Shown in pieces: positions 22,224 through 31,151 of a DNA stretch of 64,000 bases. A model generated the notes under the pieces. That model ran no database searches. It had not been told where the DNA came from and worked only from the letters and a program-made list of their open reading frames with translations. The stretch covers positions 64,001 to 128,000 of the forward strand of contig CAWFGE010000014.1 in NCBI GenBank assembly GCA_963815195.1. Reading direction: 5' to 3'. Origin of the DNA: an uncultured Planctomycetaceae bacterium. Its GTDB lineage: Bacteria > Planctomycetota > Planctomycetia > Planctomycetales > Planctomycetaceae. Numbering within the stretch: the stretch's first letter is position 1; each line of letters begins with the position of its first letter. The position numbers and the translations under genes are program-made.

Positions 22224-23093
22224 ATGACAAACAACACGACCGAGCGGGGGTTTTTCTCCCTGAAGCGAAAAATCCAGATCGAGGGCGAGATCACCTTCAC
22301 CACGCCTTGGCGGATTGGATCGGGTCGCGAGGGCGACATCAGCGATCTGGGAGTCCTGCTCTCTCCCACGGGCGAGCCGGTACTGCCGGGCAGCAGCCTC
22401 AAGGGTGTTTTGCGAAGCACCTGTGAACGATTGGCGTACGTCCTCGGGTTGGAGGCCTGCCAGTTGGACAGCCATTCCGCAGGGCTGTCCTATGTTTGCT
22501 CCAGCGATGTGAAAGCGTTTACCAATTGGAAAAAGGAACATCAAAAGGAATGGGAAAACCTTTCTGGTTTGCCGGCCGCCGAGCGGCTGGATTGGATCGC
22601 CCAGCACACCTGCGATGTCTGCCGGTTGTTCGGGTCGCCTTTGATGAAAAGCGTTTTGAAAATCTCCGACGGCCGACTCTCGGAATGGGCCGGCGTGGTG
22701 GAAGTTCGCGATTCGGTCGTATTGGACCGCGACAGCAAAACCTCGCGGAACAAGTTCGACTTCGATGTGGTCCCGCCGGCCAAGTTCGCCATCCGCTTGG
22801 ATTTGGACAACCCAACCGATGCCGATCTGGCCCTCTTGGGAGCGGGGCTGTTCGAGTGGACGGCGGGCGTGTCCATTGGCGGTTTCACCAGCCGGGGGTT
22901 GGGGCAGGCCGAACTCACCATTACCGGCCTGCGGTCGGCGAACCTTTCCGATCCCAAAGAGCAAACCCAATACCTACTCGGCAAAACCGCCGAGGAAAAG
23001 CTGACTCTCCAGAAGGATTGGGAAGGGGACTTTCAAGAGTTCATCGAAAAGCAGTTGAAGAAAATCAAAGATCAACAAGAAACGCAAGGTTAA
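22224..23093 (+). CDS. Cas7-group RAMP (Csm3/Csx7-like)
   Basis: WRIGSG..SD, PVLPGSSLKGVLRSTCE, CDVCRLFGS, IGGFTSRGLG. Confidence 0.88.
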   Translation: MTNNTTERGFFSLKRKIQIEGEITFTTPWRIGSGREGDISDLGVLLSPTGEPVLPGSSLKGVLRSTCERLAYVLGLEACQLDSHSAGLSYVCSSDVKAFTNWKKEHQKEWENLSGLPAAERLDWIAQHTCDVCRLFGSPLMKSVLKISDGRLSEWAGVVEVRDSVVLDRDSKTSRNKFDFDVVPPAKFAIRLDLDNPTDADLALLGAGLFEWTAGVSIGGFTSRGLGQAELTITGLRSANLSDPKEQTQYLLGKTAEEKLTLQKDWEGDFQEFIEKQLKKIKDQQETQG

Positions 23094-23204
23094 GAACGCT
23101 CGGCACAACGCACCCCAAAAAGAGGAAATAAGCCCTTTTTACGGTTTTTGCGGTGCGAGGCCGAACGCCTCGGATGAATAAACCCCAATCAAAAAGGTTC
23201 CTGC

Positions 23205-24161
23205 ATGCTCCGCAAATGGTTTTGTCAGGCTGAGATCACGATTGAGATTCACCCGGTCGATCCGGTTTTGGTGAAAAGCGGGTACGCCACGTTTTCGGGG
23301 CCGGACATGGTTCCCGTGCAAACTCTGCGGGATGGCGAAGAGACGTTCTATCTGCCAGGCACGTCGCTCAAGGGGGTGCTCCGCAGCCATCTGGAGCGGA
23401 TCTGCCGTTCGCTGAAGGAAGGCGTGACGTGTTTGCCGTATTATTTCGATGCGAAGAAAGACGCCCAGAACGTGCCCGTGGCCAGCGAGCAGGGGGCGAT
23501 CAGTTGCGGCAAGCGGTTGGAAGGCGACCGCACCACCGCCGAGATATACCGCCTCAGCTGCCCCGCGTGCCGGGTGTTCGGCTCCCTCAAGTTCAAGGGA
23601 CGAGCCGGGCTTTCGGATGCCTACGCGCTGCCCGACCATAAGCCCGTTCGGGAGGACCGCAACAACGTCTGCATCGACCGCTTTACCGGCGGTGTGGCTC
23701 AGGGACCGTTCGATATGACGGTGCTCGTCGGTGGGGTCTATCGAACCACGCTGCAAATCACCAACTTTGAACTCTGGCAACTGGCGGGGATTCACTTCCT
23801 CTTGGCCGATTTGGAAGATGGCCTGCTCAGCGTGGGCAGCGGGCAAAGCCGCGGCCTGGGCCGGGTGGAAGGGAAAGCCACCAGCTATCGACTGACCTAC
23901 CTGCAAAAGCCGCCGCGGTTGTGCGGGCTATTCCAGTTTGCGACGGCGGAGGAACGCCAAGCCTACGGCCTGTCCGCCGAACCCGGAAATCTGCCCGAGT
24001 TGCCCTCTCCCAAAAGTTCGCGAGGGCTGCGAACAGTCTACGATGTCACCGGCGAGTGGCAAAACTGGACGGAAACCCTGGCGGGCAGTTTCCCCGCGTT
24101 TCTGGATTGGTTCGCCGAGAACGTCGGTCCCCTCGCCAGTCAAATGGAGGTCCCCGCGTGA
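23205..24161 (+). CDS. Cas7-group RAMP (Csm3-like)
   Basis: YLPGTSLKGVLRSHLE, CPACRVFGS, IDRFTGG, VGSGQSRGLG. Confidence 0.88.
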   Translation: MLRKWFCQAEITIEIHPVDPVLVKSGYATFSGPDMVPVQTLRDGEETFYLPGTSLKGVLRSHLERICRSLKEGVTCLPYYFDAKKDAQNVPVASEQGAISCGKRLEGDRTTAEIYRLSCPACRVFGSLKFKGRAGLSDAYALPDHKPVREDRNNVCIDRFTGGVAQGPFDMTVLVGGVYRTTLQITNFELWQLAGIHFLLADLEDGLLSVGSGQSRGLGRVEGKATSYRLTYLQKPPRLCGLFQFATAEERQAYGLSAEPGNLPELPSPKSSRGLRTVYDVTGEWQNWTETLAGSFPAFLDWFAENVGPLASQMEVPA

Positions 24162-24748
24162 ACCCGCAGACTGCCATCTTGAAATCCGCCGACCTGAACG
24201 CGGCCGAGAAGGTGTCCGCACTGATTGCGGGTCTTCCCCGGCCGGACCGCCAGCCGCGTTGGGTGTGGCTGGCGGCCCCCGATGGGTGGACGTTGGATTT
24301 TCTCCCCAGCCCGGAAGGCTCGGTCCGCTGGTATGCCGCCCATGCTCGTCCGAAAGATGTTCCCTTGGCCGAGGTGCTGCCTCGCGCGGAGGAAGGGCGG
24401 GTGTTTGATCCCTCGGGCGAATTGCGGTTTCGGCGGTTGCCGCACCCCGGAGGGGCTTCGATTTGGCGGGCGGTCTTTTTGGGGGATGAGGAGTGGTTCC
24501 CCGATTGGGGCCACCCACAAAGCGAACTCGGTGGACTCCGTCGCACCCGCACGGCGTACTACCTCTGGGGTGAGCAAACCCCGCAGACGCCGCGCGAGTG
24601 GGTGGAGTTACAAATCCCGCACCGCTTCGACTACCCCATGTTGGATCCGAATGCCTCGCGGGTGACGCTGGAAGTGGAACTCTGGTGCGACCCCAGCGGG
24701 CGAGTCCACTTCCAACGCTTCTGCGGTCTGCGAGGAGAGGGCCGATGA
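24158..24748 (+). CDS. csx19: Csx19-like type III-D subunit
   Basis: EGRVFDPSGELRFRR, YYLWG, C-terminal FQRFCGL; lies directly before the insert-containing Cas7. Confidence 0.7.
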   Translation: MNPQTAILKSADLNAAEKVSALIAGLPRPDRQPRWVWLAAPDGWTLDFLPSPEGSVRWYAAHARPKDVPLAEVLPRAEEGRVFDPSGELRFRRLPHPGGASIWRAVFLGDEEWFPDWGHPQSELGGLRRTRTAYYLWGEQTPQTPREWVELQIPHRFDYPMLDPNASRVTLEVELWCDPSGRVHFQRFCGLRGEGR

Positions 24749-24864
24749 GAAAACGCAAAACGGTAAACGCCCCGCACCACACACCTAAAAAAGGGTAAAG
24801 AAAGGCTTCTTTACCCTTTTTTAGGTGCTTCCCCGAACGCATTGAGAAATCGAAAGGCCGACCG

Positions 24865-26016
24865 ATGCCCCAAGGACAAAGCTACTGGAACCCTTACCGT
24901 TGGGTGCCGATGCCCGACGGCCCGCCGCACCGGCAGACGCCGGCCTATTACCATCGTTTGGAAAACCTGCGGGGCCGCCTCACCTGCGACGTGGAAGCGC
25001 TGACACCGCTTCTGATCGGCGACGGGGGACCGTCGGACAACATCCAATTTGTGAAGACTCCCGGCGGCACGGCGTACGTTCCGGGGACTTCGCTCAAGGG
25101 GATGCTCCGGCAGGTGTTGGAGGTGGTCAGCGGATCGGCGGTGCCGTTCGGTCAGCGGAACAATGCCGATACGAACCATCAAGCCGATCAGGCCAGCGCC
25201 GGTGCCGGATCGAATTGGCAGTTGGACGCCGCCGCCCGGTTGTTCGGCTACATGGACAACAGTCGGTCTTACACAGGAGAGGTCCGGATGGGCGACGCCC
25301 CACTGAAGTCCTCACCCACCCCAGCTTCGGAATGGCCGGCCTACACAGTGGAAACTGGCACGCCCAAACCGACTCACACGGTTTTCTACAAAGGACACGC
25401 CCACGGCCTTGCCAAGTGGAAGTTCTATCACCACGCCACGGGCGCGGAGGGACTCCGGGAAAATTCCACCGTCCCTGAGAACAGCCTTCGGAAGGTCAGG
25501 CCGGCACCGTCGGACAGTCTGTTCGGGCCGTTTACGCTGGCGTTTCAGAACCTGACGGAAGCCGAACTCAACCTGTTGGCCTATGTTCTCGTTCTGGAAG
25601 AGAACGTGACCGTCACCCTCGGCCCCGAGGCGATGGGAACGGAGGAGGGCTGCACCTTGAGCGGACCGCTCCGGCACAAGCTCGGAGCCTGCAAACCGCA
25701 GGGCGGCGGCAGCATTCGGATCGTGCCTCTCCAGATGCAACTCGAAGCCAATCCGCTGGCCCGTTACCAAACCGGGAACCGCCAAGTCCACTCGCTCGAA
25801 GGCGAACCGCTTCAGCAGGAACTCCGCCGGCGGGCCAACCAGGTGGCGAAGCAGATTCCGCAAGCGACCCGCGAAGCTTTTCACGCGATGCTGGTTTACG
25901 ATCCCAACGATCCCCGCGCGAAGCATCTGCAGTATCCCGATTGGGACTTCTTTCAAAATGAGAAACAAAAGTCCAAGCTAGAGACTCCGCTCACGAAACT
26001 CAAACCGACCCTTTAA
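24865..26016 (+). CDS. Terminal Cas7-group RAMP of III-D type (NPY motif)
   Basis: WNPYRWVP, LTPLLIG, VPGTSLKGMLR, RLFG, KFYHH, HKLGACKPQGGGS. Confidence 0.85.
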   Translation: MPQGQSYWNPYRWVPMPDGPPHRQTPAYYHRLENLRGRLTCDVEALTPLLIGDGGPSDNIQFVKTPGGTAYVPGTSLKGMLRQVLEVVSGSAVPFGQRNNADTNHQADQASAGAGSNWQLDAAARLFGYMDNSRSYTGEVRMGDAPLKSSPTPASEWPAYTVETGTPKPTHTVFYKGHAHGLAKWKFYHHATGAEGLRENSTVPENSLRKVRPAPSDSLFGPFTLAFQNLTEAELNLLAYVLVLEENVTVTLGPEAMGTEEGCTLSGPLRHKLGACKPQGGGSIRIVPLQMQLEANPLARYQTGNRQVHSLEGEPLQQELRRRANQVAKQIPQATREAFHAMLVYDPNDPRAKHLQYPDWDFFQNEKQKSKLETPLTKLKPTL

Positions 26017-26036
26017 TCCCAGCGAGACGGCCAAGC

Positions 26037-27170
26037 ATGACCACGGCGGCGACCACATTGATTTCCACGGTGGGAACGAGTTTGATCTATCCGAATTTGG
26101 TCAACCTCTCTCCCGACGATCCCGACCCGGCGCGGGCTGCGATTGCAACGGCGTTTGCCCGGCGGGATGCCGCCGCGGTGGCCGAGGGATTGACTCAGTA
26201 TCCGCCTACAGAACGCTTGTTAGGGGCGGAGATCAACTCCATTGCCAGCCTGTGGGAGAAGGGCTACCTGGCCGAATCCCCCAATCTGTTGTTCTGCCAC
26301 AGCCACACCGAAGACGGGCGGTTCCTGGGGGAGGTGTTGACGGCCTACTACCACCGGCGGTCGCTGCCGGTGGTCGAGGCCTGCGAGATCGAAGGCCTGC
26401 AAGATCACGACCCCCGCCAGTTCCGCACGCTGGGTCTGCGGAACCTCACCAAGCAGATTTCGCAGTCGGTGCGGAATTACGGGGCCGATTACACGGCCAT
26501 CAATGCCACCGGCGGTTACAAGGCCCAGATCGCGATTGCCGTGTTGATGGGCCAGGCTCTGGGCGTGCCGGTGTATTACAAGCACGAGCGGTTTTCCGAG
26601 ATCATCGCGTTTCCGCCCTTGCCGGTGGCCTTGGACTTCGGCGTGTGGATGGAGTGCAGCGGGCTGCTCTACGCCCTCGATCAGACGGGCGGCTGCCTGC
26701 CCCGGCGAGAGTTCGAGGAGGAATACAGCGAAACCCTGGCCAGCCTGGTCAACGAAGTCGAGATCGACGGCGAGTGGCACTGGGAACTCTCGCCCACCGG
26801 GCAGATTTTCCACGAGACCTTCCGGGGGCGGTTTCAGGCCCTGGCCCCGAAACTCCTCCCGCCTCCGGCCAAGGAGAAAAAGCCGCCCCGCCTGGAAGAC
26901 AGTGGGCACTTGAAAAGCCACTCGGAGATCCGCGCCTTTCTGGAAAAGGTGACCGCCGAGGTTCCGCAGGTCATCCGCTGCCAAACGCACTACTACAACC
27001 CCGACCTACCCGGCGAGACCCGCTTCCGCTTGAGCACGCACGGCGTCGAAGGCGTCTACAGCAACGGCAGTTACACGGTAAAGTTTTATGTGGAGTCCAC
27101 CGCCACCACTCCCAGCGAACAAACAGCCGTCATCGCCGCGTTAAACCAATGGCTGGCGGAGAGACACTGA
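26037..27170 (+). CDS. APE2256-family CARF protein (probable ring nuclease) with C-terminal extension
   Basis: ISTVGTSL, GAEINS, HSHTEDG, INATGGYK, VYYKHERF. Confidence 0.8.
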   Translation: MTTAATTLISTVGTSLIYPNLVNLSPDDPDPARAAIATAFARRDAAAVAEGLTQYPPTERLLGAEINSIASLWEKGYLAESPNLLFCHSHTEDGRFLGEVLTAYYHRRSLPVVEACEIEGLQDHDPRQFRTLGLRNLTKQISQSVRNYGADYTAINATGGYKAQIAIAVLMGQALGVPVYYKHERFSEIIAFPPLPVALDFGVWMECSGLLYALDQTGGCLPRREFEEEYSETLASLVNEVEIDGEWHWELSPTGQIFHETFRGRFQALAPKLLPPPAKEKKPPRLEDSGHLKSHSEIRAFLEKVTAEVPQVIRCQTHYYNPDLPGETRFRLSTHGVEGVYSNGSYTVKFYVESTATTPSEQTAVIAALNQWLAERH

Positions 27171-27221
27171 GTGTCGACGAGGAAACGCCAAGGCCACGGC
27201 GTTTGATAGTAAGACCTTCGG

Positions 27222-28153
27222 CTAATCCGGCCATTCTCTCATGAGGCGGCCCAGGCCGAAGACGGTGGATTTGCCCAGGTGCAGCCACTCGGCGGCGGCG
27301 AAGAGGGGGGCCAACGGACCGGGGCCTTGGGGGAGCGGCAGATCGCCGGTGATCGTGGGCAGTTCCAATCGCCGCTTTTGACTGCCGGAGTAGCGGGCAA
27401 ACGACTGGGGTTGTCCTCGGAACGCTCCGGCGGGATGGCGGCGCGCGATTTCTAGCCACGCGGCTTGATCGGCTTTCAAACGGCTGGCGGCTTCCGGAGG
27501 CAGAAAGGCTTCCGCTCGGCGGAGGGTGGCCATCGTTAAATCGACGAAGTTCGGTTCACGGACAAACTGCCGTTGGTAGAACATCCGCAGGCCCCATACA
27601 CGCAGATTGCATGGCCGACGCGGATCAAGATCACCCAAAGGCCACAACCCGAACCCCGGATGTAACCGCCCTGGCGAGAGCGTCGTGCCCTCCCATGCCA
27701 ACGGGCGAACTTCATCCAGAAAGAACGGTGTGCGATCACGACCCAATCCTTGGCAGCCGGTGTGCTCCCAGGCCCGCCACAGCCGATCCTGCTCCTTCGG
27801 AGAGACCTCGCCCATCAAGAGAAACTGCCATCGCGTAATAGGCTCGGACCGCGAGACGACCCCAGCATTAGCGGGCCGCACAATGTACCGCGGCCTCCGG
27901 TCGGGGCCATCTCCGAAGATCGTTTGATAATCCGCAGGAGAGATGCCCGCAGCCGGCTGCCCCACACGCCCCGGAGCTGCACGACCGTCGCCCGATGCCC
28001 CCGCGTGTCCAACCGCATCTCCCACGCCCGCACCCGCACCTGGGCCAACTCGGCCATGAGACGTTTTGTGAGAATCTCGACCGCGGGGACTCGTGCCGCC
28101 CCGTTCGTCTCCGCCGCTTGCCCCCGCCGTCCGTTCGCCAACTCTAATGCCAT
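27222..28153 (-). CDS. cas6: Cas6 crRNA-processing endoribonuclease (frameshift near 27945)
   Basis: LRGVWG near the N-terminus, GLGRDR, RYSGSQKR, C-terminal G-loop HLGKSTVFGLG. Confidence 0.85.
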
Positions 28154-28186
28154 GATTGCTCCGTTTGTCAGAACCTCCCCAGAATA

Positions 28187-28213
28187 TACGCCTTTCCTTT
28201 CCAAAAAGGGACA
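28187..28213 (-). promoter_or_regulatory. Putative ECF-sigma promoter of cas6
   Basis: Minus strand TGTCCCTT-N15-CGTA (plus strand tacg-N15-aagggaca). Confidence 0.65.
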
Positions 28214-28559
28214 CCCGGCACAGGAAATTTTAATGAAGACCTGCGGCCGAAAATCGATTCGCTGAGTCTTTCGTCTCCGACATTGGTTTTTTTGTTCCGA
28301 GGGGGCGATCCGCTGCGTATTTCTCTCAGTGGCGGAAGAGCACGACCTTGCGAACTGAGAGCGAACCGAATTTCCGAATCCGAAAAAGGGAGGACAATAA
28401 CATGGACTTGGCTGTGATGATTTGGTGGCTAGGCGGAGAACTTTGGGTGTCGGCCCGCACCCCGGAAAGGAAATTCTTGCCTGGCGGTGGTATTACTGGT
28501 AGGATCGGCCGCAATGAGAATCCGGTGACGCAACACCAGCGATTGCGAGGAGCGACCCG

Positions 28560-29304
28560 ATGGCGGGCCACAAGGCAGACCAAGAGCCAAACCATGGAGC
28601 AGATCACGAGCGGGAGCAGATCCGTCAATGGATCGAGGCGATCCTCGACGGCTCAGGCTCGGAGCACGACGACGCCATGCACCGCCTCTCGGAAGTGATT
28701 AGCCACGTTCGCGGCGCTTGCGGGTGCTCGGTCGCGGCAACCAAATCCTGCGAGATCTCATCGAGGAAGCGCCGTCGGTCATCTTCCAGAAGCTCCGTCA
28801 GTTCGACACCGAGCAGGAGTTCGAGCCGTGGTGTTGGATTGTATTGAAGAACGCCTTTCTGGATCGCTGCCGGAGAAAAAAGACCGACCCGCTCGCCGCG
28901 AGCGGATCGACAAATGCCGAGGACTCGGACCCCATCCAGCGCCTCTCCGACGATGAGGCGGCCGACTTTCGGCGACGACTGGAATCCAGCCTCGACCATA
29001 ACGAACCGTTCTCCGCAACCGATCAGAACGAGATCCTTACCTGGCGTCTCGACGACCGCATCGTATTGCTAACTCTGGGGCTTTTGTGGCAGAAGGTTCC
29101 TCCGGAACTGTGGTCGGACTGGCTCAGCGAGCGGAATGTCCCAGCACTTTTCCGCCTAAGGGTTGGGAGACTGAAACCCTTAAGCAACATTGCGAGATTT
29201 TGGGGGACGCGCTCGGTCAGAACTCTGAGGCGATCAAGCGGCGGTGGTATCGTTATCGGCAATTGCTGTCGAACTTGGAGTACGTGCGGGGGATCCAGCC
29301 ATGA
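28560..29304 (+). CDS. CRISPR-associated ECF-type sigma factor (two apparent frameshifts)
   Basis: Region 2-like DLIEEAPSVIFQKLRQFD..FEPWCWIVLKNAFLDRCRRKK; region 4-like HTH ILGDALGQNSEAIKRRWYRYRQLL; assembled from ORFs 28560, 28718 and 29086. Confidence 0.8.
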
Positions 29305-30017
29305 CCCAATCCTCTCAACCACAAGGGACGATCTGGCAGGGACTTCGCGACCCGCGTTCCGACTGTGGGAAGGCCGGTGCGGTCACGATGCCGCGATCTA
29401 GTTGGCAGCACACAGCCGAGCGGCATATTTGCCGATCGGTCGAGCCATGGGACGAAGTATTTCCCGCAGAGATTGTGACGGCCCTGCAACGATTCGGACG
29501 AAACCAGGAAACACTGAGTTGCGAGCAGTGGGAGATCGCTTCGAACCTGCTCGGTGAGCAGGTTCGGCAGTCCCTGGATCGGCCTTTGGTGATTCTGTAT
29601 CTGCAACGCCAGTTCTACCAGGACGAACCCTATGCCGAGCGTTGGCTGCTTCTGTTACCTTGCGGCGGGCTGATGGCGATCCGTAGCGTCCAGCATGGCG
29701 GCAGCGTCCTGACGTGCTTTTTCATGGAGCAGTCTGGTCGCGGCCATCAGCTTGACAACCGCTGGAAGTATGCGTTGTTCTTCCTAAGAAACAAATACTC
29801 CGAACAGGATCCTAAGACAGGGCGACGGCATCCGCCCCACCCTGCCTATGCCGTTCCGATCCCTCGCCGGTTGGCCGACGAGGACCGCGCCGAGATTTGT
29901 TTTGTCACGGAACACGAGTGGCACCTGCCGGGTCCGGCTCGGCTCGAAACGAATATGCTGCGCCCGTGGCCGACCCACGAGAAGGACACGACCCGTTCGG
30001 GCGCCGGCCGTGGATGA
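29301..30017 (+). CDS. Uncharacterised protein translationally coupled to the sigma gene (positional analogue of Csx31)
   Basis: ATGA overlap with sigma; 238 aa; WQHTAERH and VLTCFF motifs. Family not confirmed. Confidence 0.55.
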   Translation: MTQSSQPQGTIWQGLRDPRSDCGKAGAVTMPRSSWQHTAERHICRSVEPWDEVFPAEIVTALQRFGRNQETLSCEQWEIASNLLGEQVRQSLDRPLVILYLQRQFYQDEPYAERWLLLLPCGGLMAIRSVQHGGSVLTCFFMEQSGRGHQLDNRWKYALFFLRNKYSEQDPKTGRRHPPHPAYAVPIPRRLADEDRAEICFVTEHEWHLPGPARLETNMLRPWPTHEKDTTRSGAGRG

Positions 30018-30048
30018 AGCCTAAAGACACCGAGTGAGAACCTCAGCG

Positions 30049-31100
30049 ATGACTGACCGAAGATCGAATCTGCCAGACGATGAAGCCGCATTCCGGCGCG
30101 ATGAAGTGGAGCAAGCCTACGCGCTCCCGGGGCTAGACGTCTTCGATCACGGGGGGCCAGTCGATGACGCCGTGCGCAAGAGCGGCGCTTCAATTGGCCC
30201 AAGCGATCGGGTACTGCCGGCTGTTCGGAGTCGAGATTGGCGAACTCGATGGCGTGCTCCCGGCGGACGTGGCCATCGCAGCGTGCCGGGAACTCGCCGA
30301 TCGGGTAGCCGCCTGGACAGAGCAACTCCAGGAACTGCCAGAACGGTATTTCGGAGCAATCGACGGATTCGAGGCCGAAGCGGCCTCCGACGACGTGTTG
30401 ATCGCCTGCATGGACTCGTGGGCGACCACCGCGGCGATCGAGGAAGCCTACACGCGCTGTGGGCCGGAGGACGACGTCGATACATTCTCCGCCGAATTGG
30501 ACCGGCTTGGGGACGCCCTGGACGAGTTTGACCGAAAGGCCCGCGAGCACGCCGACTTGTTGTCCACGCTCGCGAAGACCAACCTCTTGTCGAACTGGCG
30601 GTCGTATCTCGTCGAGCCGTGGAGTGAATTGCTGCCCTGGTGGCTGGATGGAACGCTTGAACGAACGGCTGAGGCCGTCGACCAGCTGGTGGCGGCCACC
30701 GTACCCGGTGAGTCCGACCGCCGTGCGGAGAAGGCCCGAGACCGATCCCAGATCACCGGCCCGAGCCCGCCTTGCGCCCGCGATGGCCGCTGCCGGTCCT
30801 TTGGAAGCCGGCAAAACCTATTCCTGGGATTCTCCAGATGGACGGTACCAGGCATTGCTCACGCTGACCACGACTTGGCAGGAGACGGTTCGGCTCGGGT
30901 TTGTGCACCGCGAGAGCGGAGCACCGACCGCCGAACTCAAGGGCCGCAAGGCCCGACTCGGCGATTTGCCGCCGGTGCCCATCGACGACAAGGGCCTCGC
31001 AGAGTTCGCCACCGCGTCGGTTCTTGGGCAGCCGTCGCGACTGCATCTCGATGAGGACGATCGAAACTGGACGCCCGTTGGACCGGAAGACAGTCTGTAA
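30049..31100 (+). CDS. Putative anti-sigma / protease substrate (analogue of Csx30/CalpT); two apparent frameshifts
   Basis: Acidic helical N-domain ending LLPWWLDG, a low-complexity linker with AMAAAG, then a beta-rich C-domain; assembled from ORFs 30034, 30164 and 30459. Confidence 0.55.
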
Positions 31101-31151
31101 TCCGCTGGTGGAAAGCTGGCTCCATCGGATCCGGCAAGTTCTGACCTTAGC

